Source: the human T2T-CHM13v2.0 reference genome, Homo sapiens
DNA: 64,000 nucleotides
Reading direction: 5' to 3' (one strand)
NCBI RefSeq assembly: GCF_009914755.1
Contig: NC_060939.1
A model generated the notes under the pieces. That model searched no databases, was not told where the DNA came from, and was given only the letters and a program-made list of their open reading frames with translations. Numbering within the stretch: position 1 is the first letter of the stretch; every line of letters begins with the position of its first letter. Both the position numbers and the translations under genes were made by a program. Positions 44,401 through 59,900 of the stretch are shown piece by piece.

Positions 44401-47400
44401 TCAATTCCATTCCTTTCGTTTCCATTCCATTTGATGCCATTCCATTCAATTCTGTTCTACTCGACTCCAATACATTCAATTCCATTCCATCCGATTCCAT
44501 TACATTCTTTTCATTTCTTATCCATTTCAAGCCATTCCACTCCATTCCATTCCACTCGTTTCCTTTCCATTCGAGTCCATTCCTCTCCAGTCCATTCCGT
44601 TCAATCCATTCCATTCCAGTCCATTCCATTCGAGTCCGTTCCATTCCAGTCCATTCCATTCGAGTCAATTCCATTCCATTCGATGTCTTTCCATAACGAT
44701 CCATTCCATTCTATTCCTTTCGATTCCATTCCATTCTATTTCATTCCATTCGATTCCCTTCCATTGGACTCCTTTCCATTCGAGTGCATTCCATTCCGTT
44801 CCATTTCTTTCCGTTCTGTACGATTCCTACCGTTCGATTTCATTTTGTTCCAGTCCATTCCTTTCGCGTCCATTCCATTCCATTTCACTCCATTCGATTC
44901 CATTCCACTCGATTCCACTTCGTTCCATTTCATTGCATTCCATTCTATTCAACTCTATTGCCTTCCATTCCATTCCATTCGATTACATTCCATGCGATTC
45001 CATTCGAAATCGAATCAATTACATTGCAAACCATTACTATTGAGTCCGCTTTATTCCAGTCCACTGCATTCTGGTCCATTCCATTTGATTCCATTCCATT
45101 CTATTCCATTCCATACAGTTGCATTCCATTGGATTCCATGCTATATCTATAAATTCAATTCGAGACCATTGCTTTTGAGTCCATTCTATATGATTCCATT
45201 CCATTCAAGTCCATTACATTTGGTTCAATTCCATTCCATTCCATTCCCTTTCATTCCATTCCATTTGATATCAATCCATTCGATTCCATTCCATTCGAGC
45301 ACATTCCATTCGAGTCCATTCCATTCGATGCCATTCCGTTTGATTCTATTCCATTAGTCTCCATTCAATTCCATTAATCTCCATTCCATTCCATTCTACT
45401 CCAACTGATTCCATTCCATTCTATTCCTTTCCATTCCATTTCATTCCATTGCATTCCATTTCATTCCATTCCATTCCATTCGTGTCCATTCCACTCCAGT
45501 CCATTCCATTCGTGTCCATTCCATTCCAGTCCATTCCATTTGTGTCCACTGCATTCCATTCCACTCCATTCCATATTATTCCATTACACTCCATTCCATT
45601 CTATTACTTTCATTTCCATTCAATTCCATTCCATTTGATTCCATTCCACTCGGTTTCATTCCATTTGAGTCCACTCCATTCCATTCCATTCCATTCCATT
45701 CAGTTCCATTCCATTCTGTTCCATTCCATTCCGTTCCATTCCATTCCATTCCATTCGGTACCATTCCATATTGTTCCATTCGATTCCATTCGAATCCATT
45801 CCATTCCAGTCCATTCCATTCGATTCCATTCCATTCATTTCAATTCCATTCCATTCCATTCCATTACATTCCACTTGATTCCTCTCCATTCCCTTCCACT
45901 GCATTCCGTTCGATTCCATTCCATTGCATTGCATTCCATTCCATTGGATTGCATTCCATTCGATTCCATTCCATTCGAATCAATTACATAGCAATCCATT
46001 ACATTCGAGTCTATTCTATTCCGTTCCATTCGATTTCGTTCCAATCCATTCGATTCCATTCCATTCGATTCCATTCCATACTATTGCATTCCATTCGATT
46101 ACATTATATTCGAATAAGTTCCATTCAAGACCATTTCTTTTGAGTCCATTCTATTTGAGTCCATTCCCTTTGATTCCATAACATTTGAGTCCATTCAATT
46201 CCATTCCTTTCGTTTCCATTCCATTTGATGCCATTCCATTCAATTCTGTTCTACTCGACTCCAATACATTCAATTCCATTCCATCCGATTCCATTACATT
46301 CTTTTCATTTCTTATCCATTTCAAGCCATTCCACTCCATTCCATTCCACTCGTTTCCTTTCCATTCGAGTCCATTCCTCTCCAGTCCATTCCGTTCAATC
46401 CATTCCATTCCAGTCCATTCCATTCGAGTCCGTTCCATTCCAGTCCATTCCATTCGAGTCAATTCCATCCCATTCGATGTCTTTCCATAACGATCCATTC
46501 CATTCTATTCCTTTCGATTCCATTCCATTCTATTTCATTCCATTCGATTCCCTTCCATTGGACTCCTTTCCATTCGAGTGCATTCCATTCCGTTCCATTT
46601 CTTTCCGTTCTGTACGATTCCTACCGTTCGATTTCATTTTGTTCCAGTCCATTCCTTTCGCGTCCATTCCATTCCATTTCACTCCATTCGATTCCATTCC
46701 ACTCGATTCCACTTCGTTCCATTTCATTGCATTCCATTCTATTCAACTCTATTGCCTTCCATTCCATTCCATTCGATTACATTCCATGCGATTCCATTCG
46801 AAATCGAATCAATTACATTGCAATCCATTACTATTGAGTCCATTTTATTCCAGTCCACTGCATTCTGGTCCATTCCATTTGATTCCATTCCATTCTATTC
46901 CATTCCATACAGTTGCATTCCATTGAACTCCATTCTATATCTATAAATTCAATTCGAGACCATTGCTTTTGAGTCCATTCTATTTGATTCCATTCCATTC
47001 AAGTCCATTACATTTGGTTCAATTCCATTCCATTCCATTCCCTTCCATTCCATTCCAGTTGATATCAATCCATTCGATTCCATTCCATTCGAGCACATTC
47101 CATTCGAGTCCATTCCATTCGATGCCATTCCATTTGATTCTATTCCATTAGTCTCCATTCAATTCCATTAATCTCCATTCCATTCCATTCTACTCCAACT
47201 GATTCCATTCCATTCTATTCCTTTCCATTCCATTTCATTCCATTCCATTCCATTTCATTCCATTCCATTCCATTCCATTCCATTCGCTTCCATTCCATTC
47301 GTGTCCATTGCATTCCAGTCCATTCCATTTGTGTCCAGTGCATTCCATTCCACTCCATTCCATATTATTCCATTACACTCCATTCCATTCTATTACTTTC

Positions 47401-50400
47401 ATTTCCATTGAATTCCATTCCATTTGATTCCATTCCACTCGGTTTCATTCCATTTGAGTCCACTCCACTCCATTCCATTCCATTCCATTCCATTCAGTTC
47501 CATTCCATTCTGTTCCATTCCATTCCGTTCCATTGCATTCCATTCCATTCGGTACCATTCCATATTGTTCCATTCGATTCCATTCGAATCCATTCCATTC
47601 CAGTCCATTCCATTTGATTCCATTCCATTCCTTTCAATTCCATTCCATTCCATTCCATTCCACTTGATTCCACTCCATTCCCTTCCACTGCATTCCATTG
47701 CATTGCATTCCATTCCATTGGACTGCATTCCATTCGATTCCATTCCATTCGAATCAATTACATAGCAATCCATTACATTCGAGTCTATTCTATTCCGTTC
47801 CATTCGATTTCGTTCCAATCCATTCGATTCCATTCCATTCGATTCCATTCCATACTATTGCATTCCATTCTATTACATTATATTCGAATAAGTTCCATTC
47901 AAGACCATTTCTTTTGAGTCCATTCTATTTGAGTCCATTCCCTTTGATTCCATAACATTTGAGTCCATTCAATTCCATTCCTTTCGTTTCCATTCCATTT
48001 GATGCCATTCCATTCAATTCTGTTCTACTCGACTCCAATACATTCAATTCCATTCCATCCGATTCCATTACATTCTTTTCATTTCTTATCCATTTCAAGC
48101 CATTCCACTCCATTCCATTCCACTCGTTTCCTTTCCATTCGAGTCCATTCCTCTCCAGTCCATTCCATTCGAGTCCGTTCCATTCCAGTCCATTCCATTC
48201 GAGTCAATTCCATTCTATTCGATGTCTTTCCATAACGATCCATTCCATTCTATTCCTTTCGATTCCATTCCATTCTATTTCATTCCATTCGATTCCCTTC
48301 CATTGGACTCTTTTCCATTCGATTGCATTCCATTCCGTTCCATTTCTTTCCTTTCTGTACGATTCCTACCGTTCGATTTGATTTTGTTCCAGTCCATTCT
48401 TTCGCGTCCATTCCATTCCATTTCACTCCATTCGATTCCATTCCACTCGATTCCACTTCGTTCCATTTCATTGCATTCCATTCTATTCAACTCTATTGCC
48501 TTCCATTCCATTCCATTCGATTACATTCCATGCGATTCCATTCGAAATCGAATCAATTACATTGCAATCCATTACTATTGAGTCCGTTTTATTCCAGTCC
48601 ACTGCATTCTGGTCCATTCCATTTGATTCCATTCCATTCTATTCCATTCCATACAGTTGCATTCCATTGGATTCCATGCTATATCTATAAATTCAATTCG
48701 AGACCATTGCTTTTGAGTCCATTCTATATGATTCCATTCCATTCAAGTCCATTACATTTGGTTAAATTCCATTCCATTCGGTTCAATTCCATTCCATTCC
48801 ATTCCCTTCCATTCCATTCCAGTTGATATCAATCCATTCGATTCCATTCCATTCGAGCACATTCCATTCGAGTCCATTCCATTCGATGCCATTCCATTTG
48901 ATTCTATTCCATTAGTCTCCATTCAATTCCATTAATCTCCATTCCATTCCATTCTACTCCAACTGATTCCATTCCATTCTATTCCTTTCCATTCCATTTC
49001 ATTCCATTCCATTCCATTCCATTCCATTCCATTCCATTCCATTCGTGTCCATTCCACTCCAGTCCATTCCATTCGTATCCATTCCATTCCAGTCCATTCC
49101 ATTTGTGTCCACTGCATTCCATTCCACTCCATTCCATATTATTCCATTACACTCCATTCCATTCTATTACTTTCATTTCCATTCAATTCCATTCCATTTG
49201 ATTCCATTCCACTCGGTTTCATTCCATTTGAGTCCACTCCATTCCATTCCATTCCATTCAGTTCCATTCCATTCTGTTCCATTCCATTCCGTTCCATTCC
49301 ATTCCATTCCATTCGGTACCATTCCATATTGTTCCATTCGATTCCATTCGAATCCATTCCATTCCAGTCCATTCCATTCGATTCCATTCCATTCATTTCA
49401 ATTCCATTCCATTCCATTCCATTACATTCCACTTGATTCCTCTCCATTCCCTTCCACTGCATTCCGTTCGATTCCATTCCATTGCATTGCATTCCATTCT
49501 ATTGGATTGCATTCCATTCGATTCCATTCCATTCGAATCAATTACGTAGCAATCCATTACATTCGAGTCTATTCTCTTCCGTTCCATTCGATTTCGTTCC
49601 AATCCATTCGATTCCATTCCATTCGATTCCATTCCATACTATTGCATTCCATTCGATTACATTATATTCGAATAAGTTCCATTCAAGACCATTTCTTTTG
49701 AGTCCATTCTATTTGAGTCCATTCCCTTTGATTCCATAACATTTGAGTCCATTCAATTCCATTCCTTTCGTTTCCATTCCATTTGATGCCATTCCATTCA
49801 ATTCTGTTCTACTCGACTCCAATACATTCAATTCCATTCCATCCGATTCCATTACATTCTTTTCATTTCTTATCCATTTCAAGCCATTCCACTCCATTCC
49901 ATTCCACTCGTTTCCTTTCCATTCGAGTCCATTCCTCTCCAGTCCATTCCGTTCAATCCATTCCATTCCAGTCCATTCCATTCGAGTCCGTTCCATTCCA
50001 GTCCATTCCATTCGAGTCAATTCCATCCCATTCGATGTCTTTCCATAACGATCCATTCCATTCTATTCCTTTCGATTCCATTCCATTCTATTTCATTCCA
50101 TTCGATTCCCTTCCATTGGACTCCTTTCCATTCGAGTGCATTCCATTCCGTTCCATTTCTTTCCGTTCTGTACGATTCCTACCGTTCGATTTCATTTTGT
50201 TCCAGTCCATTCCTTTCGCGTCCATTCCATTCCATTTCACTCCATTCGATTCCATTCCACTCGATTCCACTTCGTTCCATTTCATTGCATTCCATTCTAT
50301 TCAACTCTATTGCCTTCCATTCCATTCCATTCGATTACATTCCATGCGATTCCATTCGAAATCGAATCAATTACATTGCAATCCATTACTATTGAGTCCA

Positions 50401-50979
50401 TTTTATTCCAGTCCACTGCATTCTGGTCCATTCCATTTGATTCCATTCCATTCTATTCCATTCCATACAGTTGCATTCCATTGAACTCCATTCTATATCT
50501 ATAAATTCAATTCGAGACCATTGCTTTTGAGTCCATTCTATATGATTCCATTCCATTCAAGTCCATTACATTTGGTTCAATTCCATTCCATTCCATTCCC
50601 TTCCATTCCATTCCAGTTGATATCAATCCATTCGATTCCATTCCATTCGAGCACATTCCATTCGAGTCCATTCCATTCGATGCCATTCCATTTGATTCTA
50701 TTCCATTAGTCTCCATTCAATTCCATTAATCTCCATTCCATTCCATTCTACTCCAACTGATTCCATTCCATTCTATTCCTTTCCATTCCATTTCATTCCA
50801 TTCCATTCCATTTCATTCCATTCCATTCCATTCCATTCCATTCGCTTCCATTCCATTCGTGTCCATTGCATTCCAGTCCATTCCATTTGTGTCCACTGCA
50901 TTCCATTCCACTCCATTCCATATTATTCCATTACACTCCATTCCATTCTATTACTTTCATTTCCATTGAATTCCATTCC

Positions 50980-53900
50980 ATTTGATTCCATTCCACTCGG
51001 TTTCATTCCATTTGAGTCCACTCCACTCCATTCCATTCCATTCCATTCCATTCAGTTCCATTCCATTCTGTTCCATTCCATTCCGTTCCATTGCATTCCA
51101 TTCCATTCGGTACCATTCCATATTGTTCCATTCGATTCCATTCGAATCCATTCCATTCCAGTCCATTCCATTCGATTCCATTCCATTCCTTTCAATTCCA
51201 TTCCATTCCATTCCATTCCACTTGATTCCACTCCATTCCCTTCCACTGCATTCCATTGCATTGCATTCCATTCCATTGGACTGCATTCCATTCGATTCCA
51301 TTCCATTCGAATCAATTACATAGCAATCCATTACATTCGAGTCTATTCTATTCCGTTCCATTCGATTTCGTTCCAATCCATTCGATTCCATTCCATTCGA
51401 TTCCATTCCATACTATTGCATTCCATTCGATTACATTATATTCGAATAAGTTCCATTCAAGACCATTTCTTTTGAGTCCATTCTATTTGAGTCCATTCCC
51501 TTTGATTCCATAACATTTGAGTCCATTCAATTCCATTCCTTTCGTTTCCATTCCATTTGATGCCATTCCATTCAATTCTGTTCTACTCGACTCCAATACA
51601 TTCAATTCCATTCCATCGGATTCCATTACATTCTTTTCATTTCTTATCCATTTCAAGCCATTCCACTCCATTCCATACCACTCGTTTCCTTTCCATTCGA
51701 GTCCATTCCTCTCAAGTCCATTCCGTTCAATCCATTCCATTCCAGTCCATTCCATTCGAGTCCGTTCCATTCCAGTCCATTCCATTCGAGTCAATTCCAT
51801 TCCATTCGATGTCTTTCCATAACGATCCATTCCATTCTATTCCTTTCGATTCCATTCCATTCTATTTCATTCCATTCGATTCCCTTCCATTGGACTCCTT
51901 TCCATTCGAGTGCATTCCATTCCGTTCCATTTCTTTCCGTTCTGTACGATTCCTACCGTTCGATTTCATTTTGTTCCAGTCCATTCCTTTCGCGTCCATT
52001 CCATTCCATTTCACTCCATTCGATTCCATTCCACTCGATTCCACTTCGTTCCATTTCATTGCATTCCATTCTATTCAACTCTATTGCCTTCCATTCCATT
52101 CCATTCGATTACATTCCATGCGATTCCATTCGAAATCGAATCAATTACATTGCAATCCATTACTATTGAGTCCGTTTTATTCCAGTCCACTGCATTCTGG
52201 TCCATTCCATTTGATTCCATTCCATTCTATTCCATTCCATACAGTTGCATTCCATTGGATTCCATGCTATATCTATAAATTCAATTCGAGACCATTGCTT
52301 TTGAGTCCATTCTATATGATTCCATTACATTCAAGTCCATTACATTTGGTTAAATTCCATTCCATTCGGTTCAATTCCATTCCATTCCATTCCCTTCCAT
52401 TCCATTCCAGTTGATATCAATCCATTCGATTCCATTCCATTCGAGCACATTCCATTCGAGTCCATTCCATTCGATGCCATTCCATTTGATTCTATTCCAT
52501 TAGTCTCCATTCAATTCCATTAATCTCCATTCCATTCCATTCTACTCCAACTGATTCCATTCCATTCTATTCCTTTCCATTCCATTTCATTCCATTCCAT
52601 TCCATTCCATTCCATTCCATTTGTGTCCATTCCACTCCAGTCCATTCCATTCGTATCCATTCCATTCCAGTCCATTCCATTTGTGTCCACTGCATTCCAT
52701 TCCACTCCATTCCATATTATTCCATTACACTCCATTCCATTCTATTACTTTCATTTCCATTCAATTCCATTCCATTTGATTCCATTCCACTCGGTTTCAT
52801 TCCATTTGAGTCCACTCCATTCCATTCCATTCCATTCAGTTCCATTCCATTCTGTTCCATTCCATTCCGTTCCATTACATTCCATTCCATTCGGTACCAT
52901 TCCATATTGTTCCATTCGATTCCATTCGAATCCATTCCATTCCAGTCCATTCCATTCGATTCCATTCCATTCATTTCAATTCCATTCCATTCCATTCCAT
53001 TACATTCCACTTGATTCCTCTCCATTCCCTTCCACTGCATTCCGTTCGATTCCATTCCATTGCATTGCATTCCATTCCATTGGATTGCATTCCATTCGAT
53101 TCCATTCCATTCGAATCAATTACGTAGCAATCCATTACATTCGAGTGTATTCTCTTCCGTTCCATTCGATTTCGTTCCAATCCATTCGATTCCATTCCAT
53201 TCGATTCCATTCCATACTATTGCATTCCATTCGATTACATTATATTCGAATAAGTTCCATTCAAGACCATTTCTTTTGAGTCCATTCTATTTGAGTCCAT
53301 TCCCTTTGATTCCATGACATTTGAGTCCATTCAATTCCATTCCTTTCGTTTCCATTCCATTTGATGCCATTCCATTCAATTCTGTTCTACTCGACTCCAA
53401 TACATTCAATTCCATTCCATCCGATTCCATTACATTCTTTTCATTTCTTATCCATTTCAAGCCATTCCACTCCATTCCATTCCACTCGTTTCCTTTCCAT
53501 TCGAGTCCATTCCTCTCCAGTCCATTCCGTTCAATCCATTCCATTCCAGTCCATTCCATTCGAGTCCGTTCCATTCCAGTCCATTCCATTCGAGTCAATT
53601 CCATTCCATTCGATGTCTTTCCATAACGATCCATTCCATTCTATTCCTTTCGATTCCATTCCATTCTATTTCATTCCATTCGATTCCCTTCCATTGGACT
53701 CCTTTCCATTCGAGTGCATTCCATTCCGTTCCATTTCTTTCCGTTCTGTACGATTCCTACCGTTCGATTTCATTTTGTTCCAGTCCATTCTTTCGCGTCC
53801 ATTCCATTCCATTTCACTCCATTCGATTCCATTCCACTCGATTCCACTTCGTTCCATTTCATTGCATTCCATTCTATTCAACTCTATTGCCTTCCATTCC

Positions 53901-56900
53901 ATTCCATTCGATTACATTCCATGCGATTCCATTCGAAATCGAATCAATTACATTGCAATCCATTACTATTGAGTCCGTTTTATTCCAGTCCACTGCATTC
54001 TGGTCCATTCCATTTGATTCCATTCCATTCTATTCCATTCCATACAGTTGCATTCCATTGGATTCCATGCTATATCTATAAATTCAATTCGAGACCATTG
54101 CTTTTGAGTCCATTCTATATGATTCCATTCCATTCAAGTCCATTACATTTGGTTAAATTCCATTCCATTCGGTTCAATTCCATTCCATTCCATTCCCTTC
54201 CATTCCATTCCAGTTGATATCAATCCATTCGATTCCATTCCATTCGAGCACATTCCATTCGAGTCCATTCCATTCGATGCCATTCCATTTGATTCTATTC
54301 CATTAGTCTCCATTCAATTCCATTAATCTCCATTCCATTCCATTCTACTCCAACTGATTCCATTCCATTCTATTCCTTTCCATTCCATTTCATTCCATTC
54401 CATTCCATTCCATTCCATTCCATTCCATTCGTGTCCATTCCACTCCAGTCCATTCCATTCGTATCCATTCCATTCCAGTCCATTCCATTTGTGTCCACTG
54501 CATTCCATTCCACTCCATTCCATATTATTCCATTACACTCCATTCCATTCTATTACTTTCATTTCCATTCAATTCCATTCCATTTGATTCCATTCCACTC
54601 GGTTTCATTCCATTTGAGTCCACTCCATTCCATTCCATTCCATTCAGTTCCATTCCATTCTGTTCCATTCCATTCCGTTCCATTCCATTCCATTCCATTC
54701 GGTACCATTCCATATTGTTCCATTCGATTCCATTCGAATCCATTCCATTCCAGTCCATTCCATTCGATTCCATTCCATTCATTTCAATTCCATTCCATTC
54801 CATTACATTACATTCCACTTGATTCCTCTCCATTCCCTTCCACTGCATTCCGTTCGATTCCATTCCATTGCATTGCATTCCATTCCATTGGATTGCATTC
54901 CATTCGATTCCATTCCATTCGAATCAATTACATAGCAATCCATTACATTCGAGTCTATTCTCTTCCGTTCCATTCGATTTCGTTCCAATCCATTCGATTC
55001 CATTCCATTCGATTCCATTCCATACTATTGCATTCCATTCGATTACATTATATTCGAATAAGTTCCATTCAAGACCATTTCTTTTGAGTCCATTCTATTT
55101 GAGTCCATTCCCTTTGATTCCATAACATTTGAGTCCATTCAATTCCATTCCTTTCGTTTCCATTCCATTTGATGCCATTCCATTCAATTCTGTTCTACTC
55201 GACTCCAATACATTCAATTCCATTCCATCCGATTCCATTACATTCTTTTCATTTCTTATCCATTTCAAGCCATTCCACTCCATTCCATTCCACTCGTTTC
55301 CTTTCCATTCGAGTCCATTCCTCTCCAGTCCATTCCGTTCAATCCATTCCATTCCAGTCCATTCCATTCGAGTCCGTTCCATTCCAGTCCATTCCATTCG
55401 AGTCAATTCCATTCCATTCGATGTCTTTCCATAACGATCCATTCCATTCTATTCCTTTCGATTCCATTCCATTCTATTTCATTCCATTCGATTCCCTTCC
55501 ATTGGACTCCTTTCCATTCGAGTGCATTCCATTCCGTTCCATTTCTTTCCGTTCTGTACGATTCCTACCGTTCGATTTCATTTTGGTCCAGTCCATTCTT
55601 TTGCGTCCATTCCATTCCATTTCACTCCATTCGATTCCATTCCACTCGATTCCACTTCGTTCCATTTCATTGCATTCCATTCTATTCAACTCTATTGCCT
55701 TCCATTCCATTCCATTCGATTACATTCCATGCGATTCCATTCGAAATCGAATCAATTACATTGCAATCCATTACTATTGAGTCCATTTTATTCCAGTCCA
55801 CTGCATTCTGGTCCACTCCATTTGATTCCATTCCATTCTATTCCATTCCATACAGTTGCATTCCATTGGATTCCATGCTATATCTATAAATTCAATTCGA
55901 GACCATTGCTTTTGAGTCCATTCTATATGATTCCATTCCATTCAAGTCCATTACATTTGGTTCAATTCCATTCCATTCCATTCCCTTCCATTCCATTCCA
56001 GTTGATATCAATCCATTCGATTCCATTCCATTCGAGCACATTCCATTCGAGTCCATTCCATTCGATGCCATTCCATTTGATTCTATTCCATTAGTCTCCA
56101 TTCAATTCCATTAATCTCCATTCCATTCCATTCTACTCCAACTGATTCCATTCCATTCTATTCCTTTTTATTCCATTCCATTCCATTCCATTCCATTCCA
56201 TTCCATTCCATTCCATTCGTGTCCATTCCACTCCAGTCCATTCCATTCGTATCCATTCCATTCCAGTCCATTCCATTTGTGTCCACTGCATTCCATTCCA
56301 CTCCATTCCATATTATTCCATTACACTCCATTCCATTCTATTACTTTCATTTCCATTCAATTCCATTCCATTTGATTCCATTCCACTCGGTTTCATTCTA
56401 TTTGAGTCCACTCCATTCCATTCCATTCCGTTCAGTTCCATTCCATTCTGTTCCATTCCATTCCGTTCCATTACATTGCATTCCATTCGGTACCATTCCA
56501 TATTGTTCCATTCGATTCCATTCGAATCCATTCCATTCCAGTCCATTCCATTCGATTCCATTCCATTCATTTCAATTCCATTCCATTCCATTCCATTACA
56601 TTCCACTTGATTCCTCTCCATTCCCTTCCACTGCATTCCGTTCGATTCCATTCCATTGCATTGCATTCCATTCCATTGGATTGCATTCCATTCGATTCCA
56701 TTCCATTCGAATCAATTACATAGCAATCCATTACATTCGAGTCTATTCTCTTCCGTTCCATTCGATTTCGTTCCAATCCATTCGATTCCATTCCATTCGA
56801 TTCCATTCCATACTATTGCATTCCATTCGATTACATTATATTCGAATAAGTTCCATTCAAGACCATTTCTTTTGAGTCCATTCTATTTGAGTCCATTCCC

Positions 56901-59900
56901 TTTGATTCCATAACATTTGAGTCCATTCAATTCCATTCCTTTCGTTTCCATTCCATTTGATGCCATTCCATTCAATTCTGTTCTACTCGACTCCAATACA
57001 TTCAATTCCATTCCATCCGATTCCATTACATTCTTTTCATTTCTTATCCATTTCAAGCCATTCCACTCCATTCCATTCCACTCGTTTCCTTTCCATTCGA
57101 GTCCATTCCTCTCCAGTCCATTCCGTTCAATCCATTCCATTCCAGTCCATTCCATTCGAGTCCGTTCCATTCCAGTCCATTCCATTCGAGTCAATTCCAT
57201 TCCATTAGATGTCTTTCCATAACGATCCATTCCATTCTATTCCTTTCGATTCCATTCCATTCTATTTCATTCCATTCGATTCCCTTCCATTGGACTCCTT
57301 TCCATTCGAGTGCATTCCATTCCGTTCCATTTCTTTCCGTTCTGTACGATTCCTACCGTTCGATTTCATTTTGTTCCAGTCCATTCCTTTCGCGTTCATT
57401 CCATTCCATTTCACTCCATTCGATTCCATTCCACTCGATTCCACTTCGTTCCATTTCATTGCATTCCATTCTATTCAACTCTATTGCCTTCCATTCCATT
57501 CCATTCGATTACATTCCATGCGATTCCATTCGAAATCGAATCAATTACATTGCAAACCATTACTATTGAGTCCGTTTTATTCCAGTCCACTGCATTCTGG
57601 TCCATTCCATTTGATTCCATTCCATTCTATTCCATTCCATACAGTTGCATTCCATTGGATTCCATGCTATATCTATAAATTCAATTCGAGACCATTGCTT
57701 TTGAGTCCATTCTATATGATTCCTTTCCATTCAATTCCATTACATTTGGTTCAATTCCATTCCATTCCATTCCCTTTCATTCCATTCCATTTGATATCAA
57801 TCCATTCGATTCCATTCCATTCGAGCACATTCCATTCGAGTCCATTCCATTCGATGCCATTCCATTTGATTCTATTCCATTACTCTCCATTCAATTCCAT
57901 TAATCTCCATTCCATTCCATTCTACTCCAACTGATTCCATTCCATTCTATTCCTTTCCATTCCATTTCATTCCATTCCATTCCATACCATTCCATTCCAT
58001 TCCATTCCAATCGTGTCCATTCCACTCCAGTCCATTCCATTCGTGTTCATTCCATTCCAATCCATTCCATTTGTGTCCACTGCATTCCATTCCACTCCAT
58101 TCCATATTATTCCATTACACTCCATTCCATTCTATTACTTTCATTTCCATTCAATTCCATTCCATTTGATTCCATTCCACTCGGTTTCATTCCATTTGAG
58201 TCCACTCCACTCCATTCCATTCCATTCCATTCCATTCAGTTCCATTCCATTCTGTTCCATTCCATTCCGTTCCATTGCATTCCATTCCATTCGGTACCAT
58301 TCCATATTGTTCCATTCGATTCCATTCGAATCCATTCCATTCCAGTCCATTCCATTCGATTCCATTCCATTCCTTTCAATTCCATTCCATTCCATTCCAT
58401 TCCACTTGATTCCACTCCATTCCCTTCCACTGCATTCCATTGCATTGCATTCCATTCCATTGGACTGCATTCCATTCGATTCCATTCCATTCGAATCAAT
58501 TACATAGCAATCCATTACATTCGAGTCTATTCTATTCCGTTCCATTCGATTTCGTTCCAATCCATTCGATTCCATTCCATTCGATTCCATTCCATACTAT
58601 TGCATTCCATTCGATTACATTATATTCGAATAAGTTCCATTCAAGACCATTTCTTTTGAGTCCATTCTATTTGAGTCCATTCCCTTTGATTCCATAACAT
58701 TTGAGTCCATTCAATTCCATTCCTTTCGTTTCCATTCCATTTGATGCCATTCCATTCAATTCTGTTCTACTCGACTCCAATACATTCAATTCCATTCCAT
58801 CCGATTCCATTACATTCTTTTCATTTCTTATCCATTTCAAGCCATTCCACTCCATTCCATACCACTCGTTTCCTTTCCATTCGAGTCCATTCCTCTCAAG
58901 TCCATTCCGTTCAATCCATTCCATTCCAGTCCATTCCATTCGAGTCCGTTCCATTCCAGTCCATTCCATTCGAGTCAATTCCATTCCATTCGATGTCTTT
59001 CCATAACGATCCATTCCATTCTATTCCTTTCGATTCCATTCCATTCTATTTCATTCCATTCGATTCCCTTCCATTGGACTCCTTTCCATTCGAGTGCATT
59101 CCATTCCGTTCCATTTCTTTCCGTTCTGTACGATTCCTACCGTTCGATTTCATTTTGTTCCAGTCCATTCCTTTCGCGTCCATTCCATTCCATTTCACTC
59201 CATTCGATTCCATTCCACTCGATTCCACTTCGTTCCATTTCATTGCATTCCATTCTATTCAACTCTATTGCCTTCCATTCCATTCCATTCGATTACATTC
59301 CATGCGATTCCATTCGAAATCGAATCAATTACATTGCAATCCATTACTATTGAGTCCGTTTTATTCCAGTCCACTGCATTCTGGTCCATTCCATTTGATT
59401 CCATTCCATTCTATTCCATTCCATACAGTTGCATTCCATTGGATTCCATGCTATATCTATAAATTCAATTCGAGACCATTGCTTTTGAGTCCATTCTATA
59501 TGATTCCATTCCATTCAAGTCCATTACATTTGGTTAAATTCCATTCCATTCGGTTCAATTCCATTCCATTCCATTCCCTTCCATTCCATTCCAGTTGATA
59601 TCAATCCATTCGATTCCATTCCATTCGAGCACATTCCATTCGAGTCCATTCCATTCGATGCCATTCCATTTGATTCTATTCCATTAGTCTCCATTCAATT
59701 CCATTAATCTCCATTCCATTCCATTCTACTCCAACTGATTCCATTCCATTCTATTCCTTTCCATTCCATTTCATTCCATTCCATTCCATTCCATTCCATT
59801 CCATTTGTGTCCATTCCACTCCAGTCCATTCCATTCGTATCCATTCCATTCCAGTCCATTCCATTTGTGTCCACTGCATTCCATTCCACTCCATTCCATA

